Part shown: one piece after another, positions 8,720-18,596 of the stretch
How positions within the stretch are numbered: the first letter of the stretch is position 1
How the letters are laid out: the number at the start of each line of letters is the position of its first letter
Assembly: GCA_016188985.1 (NCBI GenBank)
Contig: JACPGM010000018.1
Span: forward strand, 4,736 to 68,735
Source of the DNA: Lentisphaerota bacterium
GTDB lineage: Bacteria; Verrucomicrobiota; Kiritimatiellia; JAAZAB01
Direction: 5' to 3'
DNA: 64,000 bases
Program-made: the position numbers and the translations under genes
The notes under the pieces: model-generated
The model's database searches: none
Seen by the model: only the letters and a program-made list of their open reading frames with translations
What the model was told of the DNA's origin: nothing

Positions 8720-8828
8720 GACTGTTATCCTTTCGACGGGTATTCCTGAACCGTGAACTGCTTGGCCGAAAGATAGCGCCCTTTGCCGCTGGACGCAAGG
8801 TTTTTTCGGGCAACGACAACAATGCCAC

Positions 8829-8857
8829 TCGACATTGCCCGCGCCATGGTGTATCCT
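8829..8857 (+). promoter_or_regulatory. Candidate sigma-70-type promoter for the 2100-aa gene
   Basis: TCGACA (8829-8834), 17-nt spacer, TATCCT (8852-8857), 27 nt upstream of ATG 8884. Pattern match only. Confidence 0.25.
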
Positions 8858-8883
8858 GTAAGCGCGAAAGAAGAAAGGGAGTA

Positions 8884-11800
8884 ATGACTTTTCTCATAAA
8901 GCGCCTATGGGTCTGGGTTCCGGCCGGCATGGGTTTAATGCTCGGCGCCTTAAGCGCGGGGGGGGATGATCCCCTGGGAGCGCGGCAGCCCCGACAAGTC
9001 GGGCCCGTGGCTACAAGCGGAGCGTTGGGCGCGCTGGCGCGGGTGCCCTTTATTCAGAACCAGGGTCAGGTAGCCGACCAGCAAGTGCTCTTCTATGCCC
9101 GCACCTTCGGCGGCGCCGTCTATGTGACGGCCGAGGGCGCCTTGGTGTATGCCCTGCCGCGCGGCGCAGCCGACAGCCAACAGCCGACAGCCGTTCCACA
9201 GATGGTGCTGCTCCGCGAGACGCTGGTGGATGCCGACCTGGTGGCGCCGCCCGCGGGAGCGGAGCGTTCCGGGACTATTATCAATTCCTTCATAGGCGAT
9301 GACCCCTGCCGCTGGCAAGCGAACATCCCTTCGTTCAACGCCGTGGAGTTCGGCGAGATTTACGAAGGCGTTACCCTGGAAGTGCGCGCGGCCGGCAACA
9401 ATGTCGAAAAGATTTTCACCGTTGCGCCCGGGGCCGATCCTGGCCGGATTATCCTTGCGCTCGAAGGCGCCGATGGCGTGAGCATTACCGCGGCGGGTGA
9501 ACTTCAAGCCGAGACAATTTCAGGTCCTGTGCGGTTCAGCGCGCCGGTGGCCTATCAAGTGAGCGCCGCCGGCGAGCGCCAGAACGTGAATGTGGCCTAT
9601 GCCCTGGAAGGCGATCAGATCGGTTTTGGCGTGGGCGCCTTTGATGAGCGGCGGCCGCTGGTGATTGATCCCTTGCTGGCGGCGTCGTTTATCGGCGGGA
9701 GCAGCAACAACGTTATCCGGGCGATAGCGCTGGACAGCCAGACGAACGTGTTTGTGGCCGGCTACACGGCCTCAGCCAATTTCCCGACCGCAACCCCCTA
9801 TGATAGCAGCTATAATGGCGGGCTTTACGACGTGGTGCTTGCCAAGTTCGACCCAAAGCTTACTAACCTCTATGCCGCCACTTATTTGGGCGGTTCGGGC
9901 GCGGACTTTGGCATGGCCCTGGCGGTGAATACCAATAACGGCAGGGTCTACGTGGCGGGTTATACCGATTCCACCAACTTCCCCAGATACGCGGCGATTC
10001 ATAACAACTATGGCGGCGGGGCCTATGAAGCTTTTGTGACGCGCCTGAATAATAACCTCTCAGTGTTGCAGGTCTCGACCTACCTGGGCGGCGCAAACGT
10101 GGACCAGGCCTATGCCCTGGCGCTGGACAGCGAGGGCGAAGTATTCGTGGCGGGGTTGACCTCCTCGACCAATTTCCCGACTACGAACAATGCATTCGGC
10201 ATGTCCTACCAGACCCAGACCAACCGGCCGGGGTCGAACGACGCTTTCATTGTGCGCTTCAACGCCAACCTGAGCGCGAACCTGGCGGCCACTTATTTAG
10301 GCGGCACGAATGATGACGGTGCTTATGCAATGGCCTTGGTAGATAATTCTGTCTACGTGGCGGGCTGGACCACCTCGACCAATTTTCCCGTGCCCAACGG
10401 GGCCGACCAGACGCACAACTACTTGCGCGACGCCTTTGTGGCCCGGCTGACAAACACTTTGACCGGTCTGACCGCGGCTACGTTCCTGGGCGGCACGAAT
10501 AACGAGGAAGCTCTGGCCATATCCGTAGCCTCTTTCACCAATATGGTTTGCGTGGCGGGCTGGACGAGTTCAACAAATTTTCCCCGGAATCCCACCAACA
10601 ATGTATTTGCTCCCGGCTATACAAACACGTTTATGGGCGGGCGCGACGCCTTCCTGACCCGGCTTAGCGTGGGTTTGAACGGTATTTTGGCTTCGACCTA
10701 CCTGGGCGGCGCAACTAATGACGAAGCCACCGCCGTGCTGATCGCCAGCGTGACCAATGACGTGCGGGTCTACGTGGCGGGCTGGACGGATTCCGGAAAT
10801 TTTCCGGTTACCACCAATGCCTACGACACTGCGGCCAATGGCGGGCGCGATGCTTTCGTTTGCTATTGGAGCACCCCCTCCAACTTGCAGGCTTCGACCT
10901 ATTTGGGCGGCGGGACCGACGAGACGGCCTATGCCCTGGCTTTCCAGGCCAGTACCAACGCTCCAGTTTTGTTCGTGGCGGGCGCTACGGCTTCTTCTAA
11001 TTTCCCAGCTACCTTGCGCGCTTATGACTACAGCCGCACCGGCAGCCAGACTAATGACGACGGTTTCGTGGCCAAGCTGGGCGTCGGGTTGGCCTATGGC
11101 ACGCAGAGGTGGAAAATTACGTTTCCGGATCCTGGGGCGTCGGCGGAGTGCAGCTCAATGAGCTTAGGCTGGGATGGAAGTGTGTATATTGGTTTTTGGA
11201 GTAATCTATATGCCTTTGATGCCGAGGGCAATCTGAGCTGGCAGGTAGCGGCGGAGGGCCGGCTTGCTGAATATGCTGGCGGGTTGCTTAATGGGTTAGG
11301 CACAGCTCCGGCCGTTGCCACGAATGGAACCATCTATATCACGACTGAGCGGGCGGGAACAGCGGGCGCGCTGCAAGCGATCAACTCCGCCGGCAGCGTT
11401 CAATGGACTTTCAATGTTGCCGACCGCTGCTTTTACAGTTCGCCGGCCATCGGCAGTAACGGCGTCATTTATTTCGGGACGGTTGGCGGAAAATTCCACG
11501 CGGTGCGCAGCGATGGAGTGGGCTTATGGACCAATACCTTAGGTGGCGCGATCTATTCCTCGCCGGCCATAGCTACCAATGGCGATATCTTCGTGGCGAA
11601 CACGCTGAACGTCTTGTATTCGATCGCGCCCGATGGCCTGACCAACCGGACTTGGGGTCTGGCCAATCCGACCTATTCCTCGCCGGCTATCGGCTCCAAT
11701 GGCTGGGTCTATATTGGCGGCAGTTCCAACTTGTATGCTTTTGATCCGGCCAGTTCTGTGACCCAGTGGGTGTGCATACTGAACGGCGGCCAGATTTTTG

Positions 11801-14800
11801 CCACGCCCACAATCGGCACCAATGGCATGATTTATGTTGGCGCCGGGTCAAACTTGTATGTACTCACTTCCAATGGCACCACTAACCGCATCTGGGCTGT
11901 GAACGGGACTGTAAAATCCACGGCCACGCTGGACACAAACGGCAACGTGCTGGTCGGCGCGGACGTGACCGCCGACCTTCATTATCTACTTTCGCTCAAT
12001 CCCGTCAGCGGGGCCACTAACTGGGCTTGGGAAGTTGATGAGAATATTGCTTATCGTTCGCCGCTTATCCGGCGGGATGGCACGATCTATCTGTCCGACT
12101 GGTTTAATTTTTATTCTATTTTTGGCCCGGCGGCCACGGTGCGGAGCAACTGGCCGACGGCGCGGCACGATGTCTTGCGCACGGGCAACGCCGCGTTTGA
12201 CGCGGCGGCGTTACTAAAGCCTACGGGGCTGTCCGTCAGCCAGGGCGCCTACCAGGACCGGGTGCTGGTTAATTGGACGGGCAATCCCAACGCGGATTAT
12301 TACGAGATTTATCGCAGTTCGACCAACGATCTGACCACGGCCCAGCCGCTGAGCGGTCCGGTGGTGACCACCAATTATATTGATTATTTCAATCCTGATA
12401 TGAAGGGCATTATTTACTATTACTGGGTGAGGGTAACCACGCCCGTGGCCACCAGCGATTTCAGCGATCAGGATGCCGGCGGGGTGCCGCCGAATCCGCC
12501 GACGTGGGTCGAGGGCAGCAAGGGCAATCCCACCAATGCCATCGTCATTACCTGGAATTCTTCGTCGAATGCCACGGCGTATTACCTGTATCACAGCCTG
12601 AACAACGCCACCAATACCGCGGTGTTGTTGTGGACTACCAACACGGCCGCTACCAACATGATCTATACCAATTCAGCGCCCATCCGCGGTTTGACCTATT
12701 ATTACTGGGTGAAGGCGGGCAATGCCCAGGCCGGGATCAGCGACTTCAGCGCGGGCGGCGGCTACATCAATTCCGGCGGCACGCCGCCTCTGCCGCCGGT
12801 AACCGTCACGGCGACTTCCAATTCCTACGTGGCGGTAACGGTCGCCTGGAGTTCCTCGACCGGCGCCAGCATGTATGCGGTCTACCGCAACACGAACGCC
12901 GTCATTCCCGATAGCATCCTGACCAACTTGAGCGGCCTGGTCTTCAGCAATACGGCAACGGTCGCCTTCCAGAACTATTATTACTGGATCCGCGGGACCA
13001 ACCAGTATGGTCTGGGCGAATTCAGCGATTCGGCAGCAGGTTTCCGTTGGTTGGCGCCGCCCTTGACCGTGCACGCGACCGATGGAGAGTTCACCAATAA
13101 GGTCCGGGTGTCATGGCAGATTGAATCCACGGAGCCCTCGAGTTACCGCATCTGGCGCAGCACTACGCTCGATCCGGATACGTCTTCTAACCAGGCCACC
13201 GTTCCTTATCTGGACTCGACCTCGACCAATTATGACGACCTGAACATCACCCGGGGGCAGGGCTATTATTACTGGCTGCAGTCCCGGAATGACCACGGCA
13301 CCAGCGTATTAAGCGTGGCCTATGACCTCGGCGGCACCGCGCCGTTGGCGCCGGAGAATGTCAGCGCCACCGACGGCACGTTTGCCGACCGGATAAACGT
13401 GGCTTGGAATTCGGCCGGCTTTGCTGTCGTGTACGAAATATACCAGACAAACTCTTATGTGCCTGGCGCGCTGACGGTGCCCTACGCGGTCTCCTCCGGC
13501 ACGGCTTACTCCGATACGGGGGCCAAGCCGGGCGAGCGTTATTATTACTGGCTTAAAGCCAGCAATCAGTTTGGCCGCAGCGAATTGAGCGCGTTCGACA
13601 CCGGCTGGCGCCCCTTGGCGCCGCCGGCGGCGATTGCGGCCAGCGACGGGGTGTCCACGGCGCATCTCTACGTGGTCTGGAGCGCCGCGGAAAACGCTTC
13701 CAGCTATGAATTGTGGCGGGGCACTAACAGCAGCAGCGCCGCCGCGCTGATGGTGAACAATTCCGTTGCGACCAATGCCTATGACGACGCCGAAGCCACG
13801 CAAGGCGTGCTGTATTATTACTGGGTCAAGGCCAAGAATTCGCAGTTCAGCAGCGAGTTCAGTTCTTATGACAGCGGCTTCCGGGCCTTGGGGCAGGTGG
13901 ATCTGGGTATATCCGACTTCGTGTTCCTGCCGACCTTCATGGCGCCCGGGGGAAGTCCCGCGGCGGTATCTTTCCGTATTGCCAACTACGGTCAATTCGA
14001 CATGACCGAACCAAACTCCGCCTGGCTTGCCTGTAACTTTTATGTTTCCAGTAATGCCGTGTTTGGCGATGGCGATGACGACTGGTTGGGCGATTATACG
14101 ATGAGCTTGCCCCTGCCGGTCAACAGCAATGTCGTAGTGGTCTTGTCAAAGACCGTCCGGCAGTCGCTCGCCCTGCCCGCGGTTCTGCCCGGCGCGTATT
14201 ACGTGTATGTGAATATTCAGCATACTTTGCCCTCGACCTGGTTGGACCCGAATACGGCCAACAATACGGCCGAACGCAACGGCGGTGTTGTTCTTGTCGG
14301 AACCAATCAGCAGGCGGTGGGGTTCATGATGGCGATTAATGATTACAATGGCGATGGCTTGACCGACCTGGCCATGTATCAGGAGACGGCCGGCGCTTGG
14401 GCCGTATGGTTGTCCAGAAATTATGATCAGGTTGCGGCCAGCGGGTTCGGCGGAGCGAACTTCAGGGCGGTTCCCGCTGATTACGATGGCGATGGCAAGA
14501 CCGACTTGGCGGTTTATCGGGAAAGTAGCGGAACCTGGGAAGTATGGCTCTCGGCCAGTGATTATGGCATGACAACTGCTTCTGGATTAGGTGGCGCCGG
14601 TTTTGATCCGGTGCCGGCGGATTACGATGGCGATGGTCGCGTGGATCCGGCGGTGTACCAGGAAAGCACGGGGACCTGGATGGGGTGGCTTTCCGGCGCC
14701 GGCTATGCGGCGGTTACGGCCCCCGGCCTGGGAGGAACCGGTTTTGATCCGGTACCGGCCGATTACGATGGTGACGGTCGGGCGGACCCGGCGGTATATC

Positions 14801-15186
14801 AGGAGAGCACGGGATTCTGGATGGCCTGGCTCTCCAGTAACGGATATTCCATGGCAGCAGGCGCGGGGTTAGGAGGGGCGGGCTATCGGCCGGTGGCGGC
14901 TGATTATGACCGCGATGGGTTGGCCGATCCGGCGGTTTTCCAGGCGAGTTCGGGCGCCTGGCGCGTTTGGCTCTCGGCCAGCCTGTATGCGGAAGTCCGC
15001 GCCCAGGGCATGGGCGCAGCGGGCATGGTGGCCGCGCCGGGCGATTATGACGGCGATGGGCTGACGGATCCGGCGGTGTATTGGGCTTCTTTCAGCATGT
15101 GGCGCATGTGGCTCTCGACCCAGGGTTACCAGGAGATGAGTGTCCTGGCATGGCCGGGCGATGGGTACCAGCCGGTCTGGCCGTAG
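8884..15186 (+). CDS. Giant secreted multi-domain protein: SBBP beta-propeller repeats, PQQ-like propeller, about 7 FN3-like domains, CARDB-like domain, 6 FG-GAP/VCBS repeats
   Basis: Signal peptide; VPFIQNQGQV..FYAR N-domain. Seven YLGG..D.A.A...D....VYVAG.T.S.NFP repeats. IYSSPAIG.NG.IY propeller blades. Repeated YYYWV(K/R)A FN3-like cores. DYDGDG.(T/V)D.AVY repeats. GGGAG RBS. Confidence 0.9.
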   Translation: MTFLIKRLWVWVPAGMGLMLGALSAGGDDPLGARQPRQVGPVATSGALGALARVPFIQNQGQVADQQVLFYARTFGGAVYVTAEGALVYALPRGAADSQQPTAVPQMVLLRETLVDADLVAPPAGAERSGTIINSFIGDDPCRWQANIPSFNAVEFGEIYEGVTLEVRAAGNNVEKIFTVAPGADPGRIILALEGADGVSITAAGELQAETISGPVRFSAPVAYQVSAAGERQNVNVAYALEGDQIGFGVGAFDERRPLVIDPLLAASFIGGSSNNVIRAIALDSQTNVFVAGYTASANFPTATPYDSSYNGGLYDVVLAKFDPKLTNLYAATYLGGSGADFGMALAVNTNNGRVYVAGYTDSTNFPRYAAIHNNYGGGAYEAFVTRLNNNLSVLQVSTYLGGANVDQAYALALDSEGEVFVAGLTSSTNFPTTNNAFGMSYQTQTNRPGSNDAFIVRFNANLSANLAATYLGGTNDDGAYAMALVDNSVYVAGWTTSTNFPVPNGADQTHNYLRDAFVARLTNTLTGLTAATFLGGTNNEEALAISVASFTNMVCVAGWTSSTNFPRNPTNNVFAPGYTNTFMGGRDAFLTRLSVGLNGILASTYLGGATNDEATAVLIASVTNDVRVYVAGWTDSGNFPVTTNAYDTAANGGRDAFVCYWSTPSNLQASTYLGGGTDETAYALAFQASTNAPVLFVAGATASSNFPATLRAYDYSRTGSQTNDDGFVAKLGVGLAYGTQRWKITFPDPGASAECSSMSLGWDGSVYIGFWSNLYAFDAEGNLSWQVAAEGRLAEYAGGLLNGLGTAPAVATNGTIYITTERAGTAGALQAINSAGSVQWTFNVADRCFYSSPAIGSNGVIYFGTVGGKFHAVRSDGVGLWTNTLGGAIYSSPAIATNGDIFVANTLNVLYSIAPDGLTNRTWGLANPTYSSPAIGSNGWVYIGGSSNLYAFDPASSVTQWVCILNGGQIFATPTIGTNGMIYVGAGSNLYVLTSNGTTNRIWAVNGTVKSTATLDTNGNVLVGADVTADLHYLLSLNPVSGATNWAWEVDENIAYRSPLIRRDGTIYLSDWFNFYSIFGPAATVRSNWPTARHDVLRTGNAAFDAAALLKPTGLSVSQGAYQDRVLVNWTGNPNADYYEIYRSSTNDLTTAQPLSGPVVTTNYIDYFNPDMKGIIYYYWVRVTTPVATSDFSDQDAGGVPPNPPTWVEGSKGNPTNAIVITWNSSSNATAYYLYHSLNNATNTAVLLWTTNTAATNMIYTNSAPIRGLTYYYWVKAGNAQAGISDFSAGGGYINSGGTPPLPPVTVTATSNSYVAVTVAWSSSTGASMYAVYRNTNAVIPDSILTNLSGLVFSNTATVAFQNYYYWIRGTNQYGLGEFSDSAAGFRWLAPPLTVHATDGEFTNKVRVSWQIESTEPSSYRIWRSTTLDPDTSSNQATVPYLDSTSTNYDDLNITRGQGYYYWLQSRNDHGTSVLSVAYDLGGTAPLAPENVSATDGTFADRINVAWNSAGFAVVYEIYQTNSYVPGALTVPYAVSSGTAYSDTGAKPGERYYYWLKASNQFGRSELSAFDTGWRPLAPPAAIAASDGVSTAHLYVVWSAAENASSYELWRGTNSSSAAALMVNNSVATNAYDDAEATQGVLYYYWVKAKNSQFSSEFSSYDSGFRALGQVDLGISDFVFLPTFMAPGGSPAAVSFRIANYGQFDMTEPNSAWLACNFYVSSNAVFGDGDDDWLGDYTMSLPLPVNSNVVVVLSKTVRQSLALPAVLPGAYYVYVNIQHTLPSTWLDPNTANNTAERNGGVVLVGTNQQAVGFMMAINDYNGDGLTDLAMYQETAGAWAVWLSRNYDQVAASGFGGANFRAVPADYDGDGKTDLAVYRESSGTWEVWLSASDYGMTTASGLGGAGFDPVPADYDGDGRVDPAVYQESTGTWMGWLSGAGYAAVTAPGLGGTGFDPVPADYDGDGRADPAVYQESTGFWMAWLSSNGYSMAAGAGLGGAGYRPVAADYDRDGLADPAVFQASSGAWRVWLSASLYAEVRAQGMGAAGMVAAPGDYDGDGLTDPAVYWASFSMWRMWLSTQGYQEMSVLAWPGDGYQPVWP
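14341..15183 (+). repeat. Six tandem 138-141-nt coding repeats (47-aa FG-GAP/VCBS-like units)
   Basis: GATTA(C/T)(A/G)A(T/C)GG(C/T)GA(T/C)GG units start at 14341, 14479, 14620, 14761, 14902 and 15043. Confidence 0.85.
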
Positions 15187-15202
15187 GATGGAAGAGCTGA
15201 TA

Positions 15203-15263
15203 CAAACGAAGCAAACGTCCAACGCCCAACGCCCAACGCCCAACGTCCAACGTCCAACGTCGA
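15203..15263 (+). repeat. CCAACGY heptad array with GCAAACG and TCGAATG caps, 17 nt after the stop of the giant gene
   Basis: CAAACGAAGCAAACG TCCAACG CCCAACG CCCAACG CCCAACG TCCAACG TCCAACG TCGAATG. Period 7 continues into GAATGAA AACGAAG AATAAAG AATCGGA. Confidence 0.85.
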
Positions 15264-16379
15264 ATGAAAACGAAGAATAAAGAATCGGAAGGCACCGCAA
15301 ACGAAGCAAACATCCACGTGCTTCACGTGGTTGGGCGTTCGCTTCTCTTTCCATTTAGGCGTCCGTCGTCCGTCGTCCCTGCTTCGCCAAGGCGGCTTCG
15401 CAGGGCAAGCTGTCGTCCGCCGTCCGGCTTCACCCTGGTCGAGCTCATCGTGGTGGTGGCGATAATTGCGCTGTTGATTGGGCTGCTGATCCCCAATATC
15501 CAGACGGCGCGGGAAAAGGCCTGGTCCTCGAATTGCCAGAACAATCTCCGGCAGTTCGGCATTGCGGTTAACCAATATGCGATAGATTCAGGCGGCTATT
15601 TCAATTACGCCGGGGCGGCGTCCAGAACCCATATTGGAGCGCAAGCAACATTAGCCGAAGTTAGACCGGATGTAGGAACGAAGGACCTGACGCCATACTA
15701 CGGTGTCGCGGGACAGGGCGGCATTTCCGGTGGTGGCAGCAGTTATACGGTGGGTAATGCGTTGAGTTATGTTCCTGGCGGGGTTACGCTGGAATCGTTG
15801 GCGGACGGACAGGCCGCGGCGCGCGTTTGCCCCGTCGTGCTGCGTCATATAGTAAAAGACGGCAATTTCTTTGATCCCCAGTCGTCGAATTTCAAAGGGT
15901 TGCGCGACGTGCCGGACGCTCTGGATCCGAGCGTAATTTACACTCAGGCCGATTTTGAAGGCAGTTGGATTTGGGACGTAACCGACTCCACCAATCCGGT
16001 CGGGGAAGAGGCTGCCAATACTAATGAGGATGCCTACGATCCGGGCGGCACGCTGATATTAAGCGGGTCCTTCAGCACCTATGCCGTCAATTACACCCGC
16101 AGCGGCCAGTCGAAGGTAAACATTCCCGAAAATGTTGTGGCCTTTATTGATTGGAATGCCAGGGAAGGCTGGGCGGCTTACTTGGGCTATACGGCCTGGA
16201 CGTTTAACAGTCCTGATGGAAGCATTATTCAGGGCACGCCCAAGTGGACAAACGCCTGGTGGCTGACGGAGGTCGGGTTTCACCATCTGGTTGATGACGA
16301 ATACGGCGCCAATTACGTGGCCATGGATGGCCACGTGGCCTGGATCAGCTCCAACAGCATTTCCACCACGAATTTTTGA
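15264..16379 (+). CDS. Prepilin-type N-terminal cleavage/methylation domain protein (large pseudopilin, DUF1559-like C-terminus)
   Basis: G|[31 protein letters not shown] at codon 55, C-terminal [15 protein letters not shown]. Start uncertain: ATG 15264 (55-aa leader) or GTG near 15326. No start codon lies closer to the cleavage motif. Confidence 0.8.
   Translation: MKTKNKESEGTANEANIHVLHVVGRSLLFPFRRPSSVVPASPRRLRRASCRPPSGFTLVELIVVVAIIALLIGLLIPNIQTAREKAWSSNCQNNLRQFGIAVNQYAIDSGGYFNYAGAASRTHIGAQATLAEVRPDVGTKDLTPYYGVAGQGGISGGGSSYTVGNALSYVPGGVTLESLADGQAAARVCPVVLRHIVKDGNFFDPQSSNFKGLRDVPDALDPSVIYTQADFEGSWIWDVTDSTNPVGEEAANTNEDAYDPGGTLILSGSFSTYAVNYTRSGQSKVNIPENVVAFIDWNAREGWAAYLGYTAWTFNSPDGSIIQGTPKWTNAWWLTEVGFHHLVDDEYGANYVAMDGHVAWISSNSISTTNF
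15360..15426 (+). repeat. CGTC-type heptad arrays inside the predicted leader of the 15264 ORF
   Basis: CGTCCGTCGTCCGTCGTCCC (15360-15379) ... CTGTCGTCCGCCGTCCGG (15410-15427), ending directly at the GGC-TTC (G|F) codons. Confidence 0.8.
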
Positions 16380-16413
16380 TGGGACAATAAAGCACGTGGC
16401 GCATGGAGCCATT

Positions 16414-17118
16414 ATGAATTACAATCCAATAGTCAAGTATAAAAGCTGTTTGAGTGTTGGTGCTTTGAACGCTCTCCGCTCTCCGCTCTCCGCTCTCCGT
16501 GCCTTTACGCTCATTGAGCTCCTGGTGGTGATCCTGGTTATTGCCATCCTGTTGGGCATTACCTTCCCGGTTTCCCGGTATGTCACCCGGCGGGTGAGAG
16601 AAGAGCGCCAGAAAGTCATGCTGGCCAATATCAAGAGCGCCCTGGAGGATTACCGCGCTTCTTACGGCGAATATCCTATCAGCCCGCCCAACGCAAACTG
16701 GGACTCGCATTATCCCCAGAATTTTGCGACGCATGACGCTGAGATAGCCTACAGTCCTTACACCAACGTATCGTTCACGGCCGGCACAACTGAAAGCATT
16801 GAGACGCACAATATGACTTACCAGGTGGATTATAGCCTGACCTATCCTCTAATGTATAAGCAGTTGGAAAAAGGACGGCAGCCCTTTATGCAATTTCCAG
16901 ATGCAACCGTTGTGTATGTGGTCTATCAGACCCTCCAGGAGTCGGAACAGACGATCAAGCGCAAGACCAAAAGCGGCGGGTTCCGTTCAATAACACTGCG
17001 GTTCATCTCGGGCGACCCCGTCAACCGGGCCAAAGCGGTTGATCCGGTTTCGGGGTACCAATGGAAGTATGAATCCGCCGACGGTCTTTCTTACACGCTT
17101 TCGACGCATCCTTTTTAA
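16414..17118 (+). CDS. Prepilin-type pseudopilin (GspG-like N-terminal half)
   Basis: ORF 16291..17118; start moved to ATG 16414, after the upstream stop at 16379. A|FTLIELLVVILVIAILLGITFPV...NIKSALEDYRASYGEYP. Confidence 0.8.
   Translation: MNYNPIVKYKSCLSVGALNALRSPLSALRAFTLIELLVVILVIAILLGITFPVSRYVTRRVREERQKVMLANIKSALEDYRASYGEYPISPPNANWDSHYPQNFATHDAEIAYSPYTNVSFTAGTTESIETHNMTYQVDYSLTYPLMYKQLEKGRQPFMQFPDATVVYVVYQTLQESEQTIKRKTKSGGFRSITLRFISGDPVNRAKAVDPVSGYQWKYESADGLSYTLSTHPF
16471..16498 (+). repeat. Four perfect GCTCTCC heptamers inside the leader-coding region
   Basis: GCTCTCC x4 encodes ALRSPLSALR immediately before AFTLIEL. The same 28-nt tract occurs at 21945-21972. Confidence 0.9.
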
Positions 17119-17179
17119 TTGGATTTTTGCCCGGTTTTTCACTGGTGATGCAGCAACACGTTTGTTGGGCGGTTGATTC

Positions 17180-17725
17180 ATGACCCTTAAACAGAGAACC
17201 GTTAGTCCGTCGTCAGCTTTCACCGTGATGGAATTGCTGGTGGTGATTTCGATTATTGCCATTCTCCTGGGCATTCTCGTGCCGGCCTATTTAAAGGTCC
17301 GCGACAGGGCCAAGGAAACCGAAGCCCGGATTACGGCCCGAAACCTGCAGGATGCCTTTAGAAGCTACCTGGATTATTACCGCACCTGGCCGAGCGATTT
17401 TGGGGATGAAAGCGCGGCCGGCGAACAAATCAAGGGCAATGTGTTTCGGATCATGCGGGGCGAAAATATAAACAATGCCAACCCAAATACGTATGTTTTC
17501 TATGAATTTGCCACCACTAATTTCACGGAAGGCGCTCTCGACCCGTTGTGGGATCCTTTGGATGAAAACACCAAGCAGCCTTACCGCGTGCGCGTGGACG
17601 CCAACTACGACAACAAAATCAGCGTGGGCGGCAACGATATCTATCGCAGCGTGATTGTCTGGTCCTGCGGTTGGGATCACACTAATGACTTTGGCGCCGA
17701 TGATGATATCAGGAGTTGGGAGTAG
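17180..17725 (+). CDS. Prepilin-type pseudopilin
   Basis: MTLKQRTVSPSS A|FTVMELLVVISIIAILLGILVPAY, short leader. Confidence 0.8.
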   Translation: MTLKQRTVSPSSAFTVMELLVVISIIAILLGILVPAYLKVRDRAKETEARITARNLQDAFRSYLDYYRTWPSDFGDESAAGEQIKGNVFRIMRGENINNANPNTYVFYEFATTNFTEGALDPLWDPLDENTKQPYRVRVDANYDNKISVGGNDIYRSVIVWSCGWDHTNDFGADDDIRSWE

Positions 17726-17873
17726 GCGGAAGACGGATGGCAGAGGACAGACGACGGAGGATCGATCAAGCAAACGTCGAACATTCAACATCGAACGCCC
17801 AACGTCGAATGGAAGAGTAGATGGCAGACGACGGACGACAGACGACAGAGGACGGACGACGGAGCGGAGAAGG
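17726..17873 (+). repeat. Composite heptad array (GACG - CAACG - GACG) starting 1 nt after a stop codon; left arm of the MazEF bracket
   Basis: GCGGAAGACGGATGGCAGAGGACAGACGACGGAGG (17726-17760). GCAAACGTCGAACATTCAACATCGAACGCCCAACGTCGAATGG (17770-17813). CAGACGACGGACGACAGACGACAGAGGACGGACGACGGAGCGGAGAAGG (17825-17873). Confidence 0.85.
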
Positions 17874-17965
17874 CGGTATATTGTCGGTATGGTTCGCGGG
17901 CGAAATGATTTTGTTGCGGATATTGGTTTGGTATTATATCCTTATCTGATGGAGGTGATGAACTT

Positions 17966-18178
17966 ATGCTGAAGTCAGTTGAAGCCACAATCGAGGCGGA
18001 TGGCGAAATCCGCTTGCGCGAAAACGTCCGCTTGCCGCATGCGTGCCGGGCAATCGTAACAATCATCGAGGACTCCGACATTCCTGAGACAGCTCTGCTC
18101 AGCGAAGCGGCGCTCGGTGAGGACTGGAACAGGCCTGAGGAGGATAACGCATGGTCTCACCTGCAAAAGGTTCGGTAG
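17966..18178 (+). CDS. Antitoxin-like small protein (partner of the MazF/PemK toxin)
   Basis: 70 aa, GGAGG RBS, VEATIEADGEIRLRENVRLP beta-hairpin-like N-terminus and LSEAALGEDWNRPEEDNAW tail. Overlaps the toxin gene by 28 nt. Confidence 0.65.
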   Translation: MLKSVEATIEADGEIRLRENVRLPHACRAIVTIIEDSDIPETALLSEAALGEDWNRPEEDNAWSHLQKVR

Positions 18179-18483
18179 TCCTGGTCGCTTTCCCCTTCTC
18201 GGATCTTTCCGCCAGCAAGTTGCGCCCGGCCATCGTCCTCGCTTCGGCTGAGCGTGGCGACTGGATTATGTGTCAGGTCACCAGCAATCCTTATGCTGAT
18301 CAAAACGCCGTTCAAATCGAAGAAGCGGACTTTGAAGCTGGCTCTTTGCGGCGCACGAGTTTCGCCCGCCCTGGCAAGTTATTTACGGCGAACACAGCGC
18401 TCATGAAAGCCGAGATCGGTCACCTCAGCCCGGTTGCCTTCCAGAATGTTCTCAAGGCTGTAATGGCCATCCTCAACGGATGA
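18151..18483 (+). CDS. Type II toxin, PemK/MazF family endoribonuclease
   Basis: GSVVLVAFPFSDLSASKLRPAIVL....DWIMCQVTSNPY...SFARPGKLFT matches the MazF/PemK fold signature. GGAGG RBS. Confidence 0.85.
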   Translation: MVSPAKGSVVLVAFPFSDLSASKLRPAIVLASAERGDWIMCQVTSNPYADQNAVQIEEADFEAGSLRRTSFARPGKLFTANTALMKAEIGHLSPVAFQNVLKAVMAILNG

Positions 18484-18596
18484 ACCGGACAAAGAGGGAT
18501 GTAGGCCGAAGGCGGAAGAGCTCTGTAGCCGCGCCCACGCTCATAGTGTGGTAAACACGAGGCTTGCCCCGCGCTGCGCGGGACGCCCAATGCCGA

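Noticed and set aside
1508-8758. GAAC-containing repeats (GAACTGTGAAC etc.) as LexA/SOS boxes (GAAC-N4-GTTC or GTTC-N7-GTTC types)
   Set aside because: The GAAC words recur every 7 nt in runs of 3-6 units and in inverted blocks. They sit next to genes unrelated to DNA repair, and uvrA at 45853 has none upstream. The pattern fits the general heptad-array phenomenon rather than an operator.
12217-13890. Repeated YYYWVKA-containing segments of the giant gene as a nucleotide-level tandem repeat or DGR variable region
   Set aside because: The units are similar only at the protein-motif level, with divergent nucleotides. No reverse transcriptase or template repeat is in the window.
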